Origin: Actinomycetes bacterium
Lineage (GTDB): Bacteria > Bacillota > Sulfobacillia > Sulfobacillales > JAIMBI01
Assembly (NCBI GenBank): GCA_023565505.1
Contig: JAIMBI010000005.1
Coordinates: 67,784-131,783 of the forward strand
Length of the DNA: 64,000 nucleotides
Direction of reading: 5' to 3'
A program made the translations under genes and the position numbers. A model generated the notes under the pieces. That model ran no database searches, was not told the DNA's origin, and saw only the letters and a list, made by a program, of their open reading frames with translations. The first letter of the stretch is position 1. Each line of letters begins with the position of its first letter. Positions 11,575-19,975 of this stretch are shown in pieces.

Positions 11575-12528
11575 ATGTTGAGCTTTGTCGCCAACGTGCT
11601 GATCCTAGCCGTCATCGCGTCCATCGTGGCGGTCGGCCTGGACGTCATGATCGGGTTTACAGGCATCTTCTCGGCCGCCCAGGCGGCCTTTTATGGGATG
11701 GGCGCGTACACCGCGGCCCTCCTGAGCAGCCACTTGCACAACTCCGTCCTGGCGGTGTTGGTAGTGGCCGCCGCGTTGGCGGTGGTGGCCGGATGGCTGC
11801 TGGCCGTGCCAGCTCTCCGGGTGAAGGACGAGTACTTCATCATCGCTTCGGTGGGCTTCCAATACATCGTGTATGCCGTATTCACCAACTGGCAGGCGGT
11901 GACCGGGGGGATGGGCGGCATCACCGGGATTCCCCAACCGGAAGTGTTTGGATTCCAGATCAGCTCGACGGCGGGCTTCCTGGCCCTCAGCGTCGTCCTC
12001 CTGGCCTGCGTCCTGGCGGCCACGTGGGCCTTGGTCGTGCGATCACCGCTGGGGCGCGCGTTGAAAGCCTTGCGCGACAACGAGCAAGCGGTTCTGGCTT
12101 TGGGCAAGAACACCGTCGGGCTCCGTATCTGGGCCATCAGCATCGGCTGCGCGTGGGCTGCCATAGGAGGGGTCCTCTACGCGTACTACGTCACCTTCAT
12201 CAACCCCGAGAGCTTCACCGTCGACCAGTCGGTCATTTTCATGACCATGGTGGTCTTCGGAGGAGTGGGGACCCTGGTCGGACCGGTAGCCGGTGCACTG
12301 TTCGTCACCATCTTCCCGTCGCTCCTCAATCTGCTTGGCTTGCCTAGCCAATGGATGGGGCCGCTTCAGGAGATCATTTACGGGCTGGCGCTCATCGTGT
12401 TGATGATCTACCGACCCGAGGGTCTATTGGGGGCGTGGAGAGGACTGCGCAGGCTCCTTCGCGGAGGTCCCTATGAAGGTGCCGGCCGCGCCTCAAGGGA
12501 TGCGGAGGTCCGCGATGTTGCGCCTTGA
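11575..12528 (+). CDS. Branched-chain-amino-acid-type ABC permease (LivM family)
   Basis: ATG 11575. Motifs: GLDVMIGFTGIFSAAQAAFYGMGAY, GGMGGITGIP, ALRDNEQAVLALG, IYRPEGLLG. The tail overlaps the next gene. Confidence 0.85.
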   Translation: MLSFVANVLILAVIASIVAVGLDVMIGFTGIFSAAQAAFYGMGAYTAALLSSHLHNSVLAVLVVAAALAVVAGWLLAVPALRVKDEYFIIASVGFQYIVYAVFTNWQAVTGGMGGITGIPQPEVFGFQISSTAGFLALSVVLLACVLAATWALVVRSPLGRALKALRDNEQAVLALGKNTVGLRIWAISIGCAWAAIGGVLYAYYVTFINPESFTVDQSVIFMTMVVFGGVGTLVGPVAGALFVTIFPSLLNLLGLPSQWMGPLQEIIYGLALIVLMIYRPEGLLGAWRGLRRLLRGGPYEGAGRASRDAEVRDVAP

Positions 12529-13240
12529 AGGGGTCTCGAAGCGGTTCGGGGGTCTTTGGGCGGTCAATAACCTGACGTGCGAAATAGCCCGGGATGTCAT
12601 CACCTGCTTGGTTGGGCCCAACGGAGCCGGCAAGACCACCGTGTTCAACCTCATCACCGGCTTTCTGCAGCCCGACGGCGGGCGGATTTGGTATGGCGAA
12701 CGGCGCATCGACGGCCAGCCGCCTCCGGTCGTGGCCCGTCTGGGCATCGGGCGGACGTTCCAGGACCTCAAGCTCTTCGGCAACATGACGGTCCTGGAGC
12801 ACCTGCTGTTGGCCCAGGAACGCGGGCTGCTGAGCTGGAGACGGTACCGGACGTTGAAAGCCGAGGCGGAGCGAATCCTCGAGCGGTTCGAGCTGCTGGA
12901 GAAAGCCCATTGGCTGGCGTCCGACATCAGCTACGCCGAGCAGAAGTTTCTCAGTTTGGCCCGCTTGGTGGCGCTCGGACCGCGCGCGCTGCTTTTGGAC
13001 GAACCGGCGTCGGGGTTGGACGGACCCTCGTTGGATAAGCTCGTGTATTTCATCCGGAGCCTGCAGGGAGAAGGGCGCAGCGTGTTGGTGATCGAGCACA
13101 ATCTGGACATCGTCCGCCAGCTGGCGGATCATATCCTCTTTCTTGACAATGGCCAGCTGGTCGCCGAGGGATCGCCCGAAAAAATTTTCGGGGACGATCG
13201 CCTGGCGGACCTGTACTTCGGGCGGGTGCGCGGAGCGTGA
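12515..13240 (+). CDS. ABC transporter ATP-binding protein (LivG family)
   Basis: ATG 12515 lies 6 nt after GGAGG. Walker A GPNGAGKTT, signature-region YAEQKFLSLAR, Walker B LLLDEPASGL. Confidence 0.88.
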   Translation: MLRLEGVSKRFGGLWAVNNLTCEIARDVITCLVGPNGAGKTTVFNLITGFLQPDGGRIWYGERRIDGQPPPVVARLGIGRTFQDLKLFGNMTVLEHLLLAQERGLLSWRRYRTLKAEAERILERFELLEKAHWLASDISYAEQKFLSLARLVALGPRALLLDEPASGLDGPSLDKLVYFIRSLQGEGRSVLVIEHNLDIVRQLADHILFLDNGQLVAEGSPEKIFGDDRLADLYFGRVRGA

Positions 13241-13956
13241 CCGAAGTGTTGCTCGAGGTGGCCGACGTGCACGCGGGCTACGGCAACGTGCCCGTGTTGC
13301 GCGGTGTGAGTCTGAGCGTGCGGCCGGCCGAGGTGGTCGCTCTGCTCGGACACAACGGAGCGGGCAAGACCACCTTGCTCCGAGCGGTGTATGGCCTCAT
13401 CACGGTCTGGAAAGGTCGTATCGCGTTCGACGGTCAAGACGTCCACACGCCGGCGGGCGCCCTGGCCGCCCGCCGCGGAATGGCACTGGTGCCACAGGGC
13501 AAAGGGGTCTTCGGCGGACTCACGGTGGGCGAAAACCTCCGCCTGGGGCTGTGGGCCAGTGGCCTCCGCGACAAGGACCCCGAGGCCCGGCGACGCCTCG
13601 AGCGCGTGTTCGGGTATCTGCCGGTGCTGCGGAACCGGTGGAACGAGCGTTGTCGGGCGCTGTCGGGGGGGCAACAGCAACTGGTCAGCATCGGTCGCGC
13701 CCTGCTGGTTCAACCACGGTTGCTGCTCCTCGATGAGCCGTCTGTAGGATTGGCACCCATCATGGTGGAGCAGACCATGGAGCTGGTTGGCCGTCTTCGG
13801 GACGAGGAGCGGCTTGGCGTCGTCCTGGTGGAGCAGAACGTGCGGCAGGCTCTGACCATCGCCGACCGGGTGGCCGTGTTGAAGAACGGCCGTATCATCC
13901 GCACGGGAGAGCCGGCGGAACTGGGGGTCGCCGAGCAGCTTTGGGCGCTGTTCTGA
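13237..13956 (+). CDS. ABC transporter ATP-binding protein (LivF family)
   Basis: GTG 13237 overlaps the upstream stop (GTGA). Walker A GHNGAGKTT, LSGGQQQ, LLLLDEPSVGL. Confidence 0.88.
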   Translation: MTEVLLEVADVHAGYGNVPVLRGVSLSVRPAEVVALLGHNGAGKTTLLRAVYGLITVWKGRIAFDGQDVHTPAGALAARRGMALVPQGKGVFGGLTVGENLRLGLWASGLRDKDPEARRRLERVFGYLPVLRNRWNERCRALSGGQQQLVSIGRALLVQPRLLLLDEPSVGLAPIMVEQTMELVGRLRDEERLGVVLVEQNVRQALTIADRVAVLKNGRIIRTGEPAELGVAEQLWALF

Positions 13957-13988
13957 TTCGAAGTGAAGCTGTGGGGGTGTGCGACACG

Positions 13989-15638
13989 ATGCAGGCCGAG
14001 ACCCTGTACCAGTGGCTCAAGGATGTGGCGACGCGTTATCGCGAGCACGTTGCGCTGGTCTCTCACGAGGCCGCCGCACGACGCGAGTGGACCTACCTCG
14101 CGTTCGTGGAGGCTGTCGAACGTGCCGCAGGCGGACTCCAAGCGCTGGGATACGGACGCGGCCAGGCCCTGGCCGTCTGGCTGCCCAACACGGTCGAGTG
14201 GCTGGTGATGGAGTTTGCCGGTGCGATGCTCGGCCTATTGGTCGTTCCGCTTAACACCCGGTACCGCGCCCATGAACTGGGACATCTCTTGCGCTTGAGC
14301 CGCGCGCGAGGCCTGGTCTTCATGCCACGGTTCCTGAACATCGATTTCGCGGGCATTCTGGAAGAGGTTCTCTCGGAAGACGGGAGTGAACTGGCCCTGG
14401 AGCACGTTTTCGTCACGGGGACGGATCCGTCTGCTGTCCGAGTGGGATCGCCGGCCAAGCCCGTGGCCGTTCACGCGCTCGGCGAGGTGTTGGCGGGTCG
14501 ACCGGCCGAGGAGGAGGCCTTCCCGCACGATCTCGTCAACGTGTTCGGCACGTCGGGGACCACGTCGGCACCCAAGCTGGCGGCCCACGACCAAGCCAGC
14601 ATCGTGCGTCACGCGGAGGCGATGGCGCGGGCCTTCGCCTTGGGCGAGGGGGAGCGGACGCTGGGCCTCCTGCCGTTCTGCGGCGTCTATGGGTTCTGTG
14701 CGGCATTCAGTGTTCTGGCGGCGGGCGGCACACTCATCCCCGTTCCGGCGTTCGACGCCCGCCGCGTGGCCGCGCTGATGGCCGACGAGTCCGTCACCTT
14801 CCAGCCGATGAGCCACATCATGCTCCGGCAGATTCTCGATCTGGAAGATTTCGACTTCGCCCGGCTGAGGTCCTGGACGCGCGGGACGTACGCCACCCTG
14901 AATCGTCCCCAAGAACTGGCGGAGCGTGCATTCCGCACGATCGGCGTCCGTCTGACCAACGTGTACGGCTCGTCGGAGGCGTTTGCCATGATGACCCACT
15001 GGCCTTGGGACGATCCGCTCGAGCAGCGGTCTCTCCCGGGAGGGCACGTGGTCAGCGACGACATCCGGGTCCGGGCGGTGGACCTGGGGACCGGTGCCGT
15101 GTTGCCGCCGCGGGTCTCCGGCGAGATCCAGCTCCAAGGCTACAACGTCCTGACCCAATATCTCGGGAACCCGAATGCGACGGCCGAGGCGTTCACCCCG
15201 GATGGATGGTTCCGGACCGGCGACCAGGGGTACGTCCTCGACGACCGCACGTTCGTGTTGGAGAACCGGCTGAAGGATACGATTCGCTTGCGCGGGTTCC
15301 TGGTCAGCCCGACCGAAATCGAGGAATTCCTGCTGCAACATCCTGCCGTGGAGATGGCCCAGGTCGTCGGGGTCAACCTTCGCCCGGAGGAGGACGACGT
15401 CGCCGTCGCGTTCGTCAAGCGGAAGCCGGGCCAGGAGACGACCGAGGAGGCGTTGCGGCTGTTTTGCAAGGAGCGCTTGGCCTCTTTCAAGCTTCCGTCC
15501 CGATTCGTGTTCGTCGAGGAGTACCCCATGACCCCGAGTGCGAACGGCGACAAAGTCCAGAAGGTGAAGTTGCGCGAGTGGGCGCGTGCCATTTTGACCG
15601 GCGCCGAGCCCAGCGCGGTGACCAAGGTGGTGCCCTGA
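13989..15638 (+). CDS. AMP-dependent synthetase/ligase (acyl-CoA synthetase-like)
   Basis: ATG 13989. Adenylate-forming motifs FGTSGTTSAPK, YGSSE, GWFRTGDQGY; C-terminal PMTPSANGDKVQK. Confidence 0.85.
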   Translation: MQAETLYQWLKDVATRYREHVALVSHEAAARREWTYLAFVEAVERAAGGLQALGYGRGQALAVWLPNTVEWLVMEFAGAMLGLLVVPLNTRYRAHELGHLLRLSRARGLVFMPRFLNIDFAGILEEVLSEDGSELALEHVFVTGTDPSAVRVGSPAKPVAVHALGEVLAGRPAEEEAFPHDLVNVFGTSGTTSAPKLAAHDQASIVRHAEAMARAFALGEGERTLGLLPFCGVYGFCAAFSVLAAGGTLIPVPAFDARRVAALMADESVTFQPMSHIMLRQILDLEDFDFARLRSWTRGTYATLNRPQELAERAFRTIGVRLTNVYGSSEAFAMMTHWPWDDPLEQRSLPGGHVVSDDIRVRAVDLGTGAVLPPRVSGEIQLQGYNVLTQYLGNPNATAEAFTPDGWFRTGDQGYVLDDRTFVLENRLKDTIRLRGFLVSPTEIEEFLLQHPAVEMAQVVGVNLRPEEDDVAVAFVKRKPGQETTEEALRLFCKERLASFKLPSRFVFVEEYPMTPSANGDKVQKVKLREWARAILTGAEPSAVTKVVP

Positions 15639-16051
15639 TGGCGACTCCGGGAAAGCTCGCAGATTTCTGCACGGGGCCGTGGGGGCAGGTCATCGCCTCG
15701 GAACTGGAAGCCCACCCGGGGTTTCAGGCCTCTGCCGCGTGGTTCGATGGGACGATCCGGCTGGCTGCAGACGGACGGAGTGTGACCTTCCGGATCTACA
15801 GGGGGCGGGTCATCGAGGTAGCCGAGCGCAATCCCTTCGGGCACACCTTCTCGATTGCCGCTGACGACGCGACCTGGGAGGCGATCCTGTCGTCACGGCG
15901 GAATCGGTTCGTGGCGTGGGCCATGCAAGACCGGGTCCGGGTCGAGGGCAACGTCCTGGAGTATCTTCGTGTTTTCAAAGCGGTCATGGCGTTGGTGGAC
16001 GTGGCGCGTGAGTGGTATCGGCAAGGTCGGTCCGAGGCGGGTGGGGCGTGA
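15638..16051 (+). CDS. SCP2 (sterol-carrier-like) lipid-binding domain protein
   Basis: ATG 15638 overlaps the upstream stop (TGATG). 137 aa. The C-terminal half (WEAILSSRRNRFVAWAMQDRVRVEGNVLEYLRVFKAV) resembles the SCP2 fold. Assignment rests on pattern only. Confidence 0.55.
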   Translation: MATPGKLADFCTGPWGQVIASELEAHPGFQASAAWFDGTIRLAADGRSVTFRIYRGRVIEVAERNPFGHTFSIAADDATWEAILSSRRNRFVAWAMQDRVRVEGNVLEYLRVFKAVMALVDVAREWYRQGRSEAGGA

Positions 16052-16854
16052 TGGAGGTCAGAGGACGTTACGTATTCGTGGAAGGCGTGCGCGCCTTCGT
16101 CGAGGAAGCGGGCGAGGGACGGCCCGTGGTCTGCCTCCACACGGCGGGCCAGAGCGGCTTCCAATGGCGCTATGTGATCGAAGATTTGGCAGCCAGGCGT
16201 TATCGTGTCGTGGTGCCGGACTTGCCTGGCCACGGCCGTTCGGCGTTCAAGGACGGTCGGCCGGTGCAGGACCTGCACGAGTACGCGGAATGGGTGTGGA
16301 GCTTGATAGGGGTCCTCGGGCTTCCGCGGCCGGTCATCGTGGGATGCTCGATCGGCGGGAAGATCGCGTTGGACTTGGCCGTCCACCATGGCGCCGACTG
16401 TGCCGCGGTCATTGCGTGCGAGGCCGACGGCCGACCGCGTCCGCGCAACGTGAACGCCCTGCTGCGCTCCCTTGAAGACGCCGCTTCGCCGAGCCGGCAG
16501 GATCGGACGTATTTCGGTACGCTGGCGGCCTGTGGGGACGTGACGCCTCCCGAGCGCCTGGAGGAGATTGCGATGGTTCACCGGCGGGAGGACAGCGTGA
16601 TCACGACGTACGACCAGTTGGGGTGGGCGCGCCACGATCTGATGGCCCAGCTCGGGGGGATCCGCTGTCCGACCCAGTTGGCCGTGGGCGACCAAGACTT
16701 TTTCGTTCCCGTTTCGTGGGTGGAGGAGACAGCTCGCGCGATTCCGGGCGCCGCCATCGAGGTGCTGGAAGGTGTCGGCCACTACCCGATGGAGGAGATG
16801 CCGGACTTCGCCGAACGTGTGGACGGGTGGGTGCGGAAACTGCTCGGCCGGTGA
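16051..16854 (+). CDS. Alpha/beta-fold hydrolase
   Basis: ATG 16051 overlaps the upstream stop. Motifs: CLHTAGQSG, PDLPGHGRS, nucleophile elbow GCSIGG, C-terminal GHYPMEE. Confidence 0.8.
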   Translation: MEVRGRYVFVEGVRAFVEEAGEGRPVVCLHTAGQSGFQWRYVIEDLAARRYRVVVPDLPGHGRSAFKDGRPVQDLHEYAEWVWSLIGVLGLPRPVIVGCSIGGKIALDLAVHHGADCAAVIACEADGRPRPRNVNALLRSLEDAASPSRQDRTYFGTLAACGDVTPPERLEEIAMVHRREDSVITTYDQLGWARHDLMAQLGGIRCPTQLAVGDQDFFVPVSWVEETARAIPGAAIEVLEGVGHYPMEEMPDFAERVDGWVRKLLGR

Positions 16855-17103
16855 GGTGGGCTGCCAAGCCGGGGACGCCCGGATCTCACCGAACAGACCG
16901 AGGCAACCTGTTGGCCCAGACCGTGGTCGCAGCGCATCCGAGTGCGCCCTCCGTGGGCGGAAGCGGCAGCGGGCGAACCCGTCCCGGAAAGCCGACGCCG
17001 TTCTATGCCGTGAACCCCTTCATGCGGAAGGGATGTCCATCCTTCTGCCGCGCATGTGCCTCGCCCAGTAGGGTCCTGGGAAGCACCATCCCGGGGTGAC
17101 TTC

Positions 17104-19965
17104 TCATGCGTCTGCTTCTGCGGAGGCCTCGGACTCAGAACTTTCCACCAGGGTATCGTCTCCCGTCAGGTCTCGTAGCGCCGTCCGGAGTTCCGCGAGC
17201 GTGGCGCCGTCGAACCCTGAGGGGTCCGACGCCGCCAGGTGGACTTGGATGGCCAGCGCCGGACTGCTCACGAGGGGCATCAACACCCGCCGATAGAAAA
17301 GGACCCACTTTTGGTGTGGGATGTTCCCGGACCAAGTCACTCGGGTGACGCGCCCAGGTGCGTCGTCGCCCGCGGGGATGTCCTCCCCGCCACGTTCCGC
17401 GTCTTGATCTTCATCTTTTTCCTGTCCGGCTCCTGCCCCCGTGTGATGAAGGTCTTCACCCTGCCGTTCGCGTTCGCCGGATCCGCCGCCCGTGGGCGTC
17501 TCCTCCACCCGCCGAGCACGCTCCAGCCGTCGCCGAGCCTCTTCGGCTGCCAGGAGATAGGCTTCCTCGCTGATGTCCACGTCCTTCGCGCTCAACGCCG
17601 TACCCAAGCGCAGCGTCTCATCCGGGAGGCCGACCAGACCGTAGGCGAAAAGCCCCTGTGCGACGCCCTCGGCGATGGTGTCCTGGATCGCGGTCCTGCG
17701 GAGCAGACGCGGAAAGACCGGGGCGGCAAAGATGGCATCGTGGACGGCCTTCGTCGGCCATGCGGTGCGTGCCGGCGGCCAGTTCGCCACGAGGCGCGAA
17801 GGGGCGAGCGCGGTGGCGACGTCGCCGCTGTGCTGGAGTTCCTCGATGATGAGGCTCTGCAGGGAGGGTGCGGCACTGGAGTGGACGAGGCCGAGGTCCA
17901 CGGACTTCAGGCTGCCATCTTTCCTCAGGAGGACAAGGTGCCGATAGGCACGCCACACCGCTTCCGCCAGGTCACGTTGGCTGGTCCGGACGTGTTCGGA
18001 GAGGAGACGACGCTGTTCGTCGTCCAGGCCGAGCCGTGCTTCGTCCTCCTGAAGGCCCTTCCAGGCGAGGAACCGCCGCGCGCGGTCTTCGAGATCCGTG
18101 CCGTCCGCCGCCACGGCGAACACCAGGGCGTTCTTGAAGGTGCGCCCCGTCTGCCCGTGCTCGCGCACGCACTGTTCGATGAAAGCCCGCGTCGCCGCTT
18201 CGTTCGCCATGGACCGATCCGGCCGAAGGACCACCAGCGTGAGGCGCGGTTCATCGGGGACGTCCCGGGTGTGTTCCGGCCCGAGCACGACCCGGAGGTC
18301 GGCTTCACCGACTCCCTTCGCGGACTGGAAGACCTCGGTGACGGCGTTCCAGACGGCTGTCGCGACCTCGGCATCGGCAATGGTGGCGCGCCGGTCGGCC
18401 AGGAGGTGGTTGAGGTTCGGCCGGACCCCGAACCGGTAGCGTCCGCCCGCGACATGCAGGTAGTAGCAGCTTTCCTCCAGCGCCGAGAGGGCCTGCTCGA
18501 CCGACCCGATGTCGAGATCCGGTTCGCCCACGGCCAGTCGGAGTTCCGGGAGCGTGGCCTCCGCGCGGGCCTGTCCGCCGTTGGACTCGAAGAAGATGGC
18601 GGTCGCCACCTTCCGGTGCAGGCCCAGGCGCTGGAAGGAACGCGGGGCCGTCTCATCGAGCCGTATCGCGTGCGCCCCCCGGTTTCCGGCGATGTCGGTC
18701 GTCACGGCGGGCTCCAGGCGTTGTTCGCCGAGCTGCTCGAACAACGCCGCCCGGAAGCGGCCGTTCTCTAGGGGTGCGGTCCCGAGGGTGATCAGGGGAT
18801 CCCTGTGCGCACCGCGAAGGCCTTGCTCGTAGGCGTCGACGACCCAAAGGGCGAGCAGGTGGAGGATGCCCCGCGTGCGCTGAAAGCGGGGCAGGGTCTG
18901 CCACTTCCGTTCGAAGACCGAGAGGACGGTCGGATGGAAGGGATACGCGGCGAGGAACTGAGCCTCCGCTTGATCCACGGGAAACCAGCCCGGGAGCAAC
19001 TGGCGATGCGCCGTTACCCAGGCGGCGTAGGCGGACGCGACCCGCGGGGCCGGCCGGGGCAAGCCCGTCCACTCGAAGAGGCGCCGGCGGACGATCTCGG
19101 CGATCTCCGTCCCCTCCGAGAGGAGCTCCGCCCGCGCCACGCGGTCGAGGAGTTTTTGCAGGCGTGCGTAGTCCGATTCGTCCTCCGCGGTCATTTCGAG
19201 CTCCGATGCCTGGAGTGCGACAAGGAGGGCGACGTTGCGCCGGCTCTGGACGGCTTCGATGAGGTTCTGAAGGAAGACGTAGAACTGGGTGGCGCCGTTC
19301 GACGCCCGGTTCTCGCCGGCCGGCACGGTGCGGGCCCGGGCGACGTAGTTCATGACCTCGTCCATCAGGATGAGGGCCGGCTGGTCGGGCGGGAAGATGC
19401 TTGCCAGCGTCATGGCGTCGGGCGCGACGCCGAAGCGGTCATGGTCGGCCACGCGGGCGAAGGCGCGTTCCCCGCCGAGCTGGAAGGCCATCTCCCCCCA
19501 CGGGGTCCGGCGGGTAGGCCCGTCCTCCTTCCGTCCGCCCACGGCATCGAACGTCTGCCCGACGAACACCGCCACGGCGGCGGCCTGGGGGGCCGCGACC
19601 CCCGCGTCCGCAAGAAGCGCCGGCACGCCGGGCCACTCCCGAGCACGCTCCCCCCCGCAGGCGAGGTGGTAGAGGAGCGTCAACGCATGGGTCTTGCCGC
19701 CTCCGAACTGCGTCGTGAGGTTGTACACGCCGGAGGCGCCGAGGGTCTCGCCGGCGAGTCGCCGCAGAACCTCCACCGCCAGGCGCCGGAGGTTGCGCGT
19801 GGGATACGTGCGCTCGAAGAACTGTGCCGGGTCCACGTACACGGCGGGAGCCCGACCCAGGCGGACGTCGTCCAGGCGGACGGCAAACTCCGCGGCGTCG
19901 AGGGGCCGCCCCTCCCGCAGGTCGGCCCGCGGCAGCACCACTTTGTACCACGGATCGAGGGCCAT
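17104..19965 (-). CDS. DUF499-family P-loop ATPase (COG1483-like), third gene of the helicase/methylase/ATPase module
   Basis: ~953 aa. N-terminal WYKVV.PR.DL..G block, Walker A TTQFGGGKTHAL, Walker B PALILMDEVMNY, an acidic low-complexity linker and a C-terminal domain. ATG 19965 lies after GAGGTGAGG; GTG 19974 is an alternative. Confidence 0.8.
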   Translation of the reverse strand: MALDPWYKVVLPRADLREGRPLDAAEFAVRLDDVRLGRAPAVYVDPAQFFERTYPTRNLRRLAVEVLRRLAGETLGASGVYNLTTQFGGGKTHALTLLYHLACGGERAREWPGVPALLADAGVAAPQAAAVAVFVGQTFDAVGGRKEDGPTRRTPWGEMAFQLGGERAFARVADHDRFGVAPDAMTLASIFPPDQPALILMDEVMNYVARARTVPAGENRASNGATQFYVFLQNLIEAVQSRRNVALLVALQASELEMTAEDESDYARLQKLLDRVARAELLSEGTEIAEIVRRRLFEWTGLPRPAPRVASAYAAWVTAHRQLLPGWFPVDQAEAQFLAAYPFHPTVLSVFERKWQTLPRFQRTRGILHLLALWVVDAYEQGLRGAHRDPLITLGTAPLENGRFRAALFEQLGEQRLEPAVTTDIAGNRGAHAIRLDETAPRSFQRLGLHRKVATAIFFESNGGQARAEATLPELRLAVGEPDLDIGSVEQALSALEESCYYLHVAGGRYRFGVRPNLNHLLADRRATIADAEVATAVWNAVTEVFQSAKGVGEADLRVVLGPEHTRDVPDEPRLTLVVLRPDRSMANEAATRAFIEQCVREHGQTGRTFKNALVFAVAADGTDLEDRARRFLAWKGLQEDEARLGLDDEQRRLLSEHVRTSQRDLAEAVWRAYRHLVLLRKDGSLKSVDLGLVHSSAAPSLQSLIIEELQHSGDVATALAPSRLVANWPPARTAWPTKAVHDAIFAAPVFPRLLRRTAIQDTIAEGVAQGLFAYGLVGLPDETLRLGTALSAKDVDISEEAYLLAAEEARRRLERARRVEETPTGGGSGERERQGEDLHHTGAGAGQEKDEDQDAERGGEDIPAGDDAPGRVTRVTWSGNIPHQKWVLFYRRVLMPLVSSPALAIQVHLAASDPSGFDGATLAELRTALRDLTGDDTLVESSESEASAEADA

Positions 19966-19975
19966 GTGCCTCACC

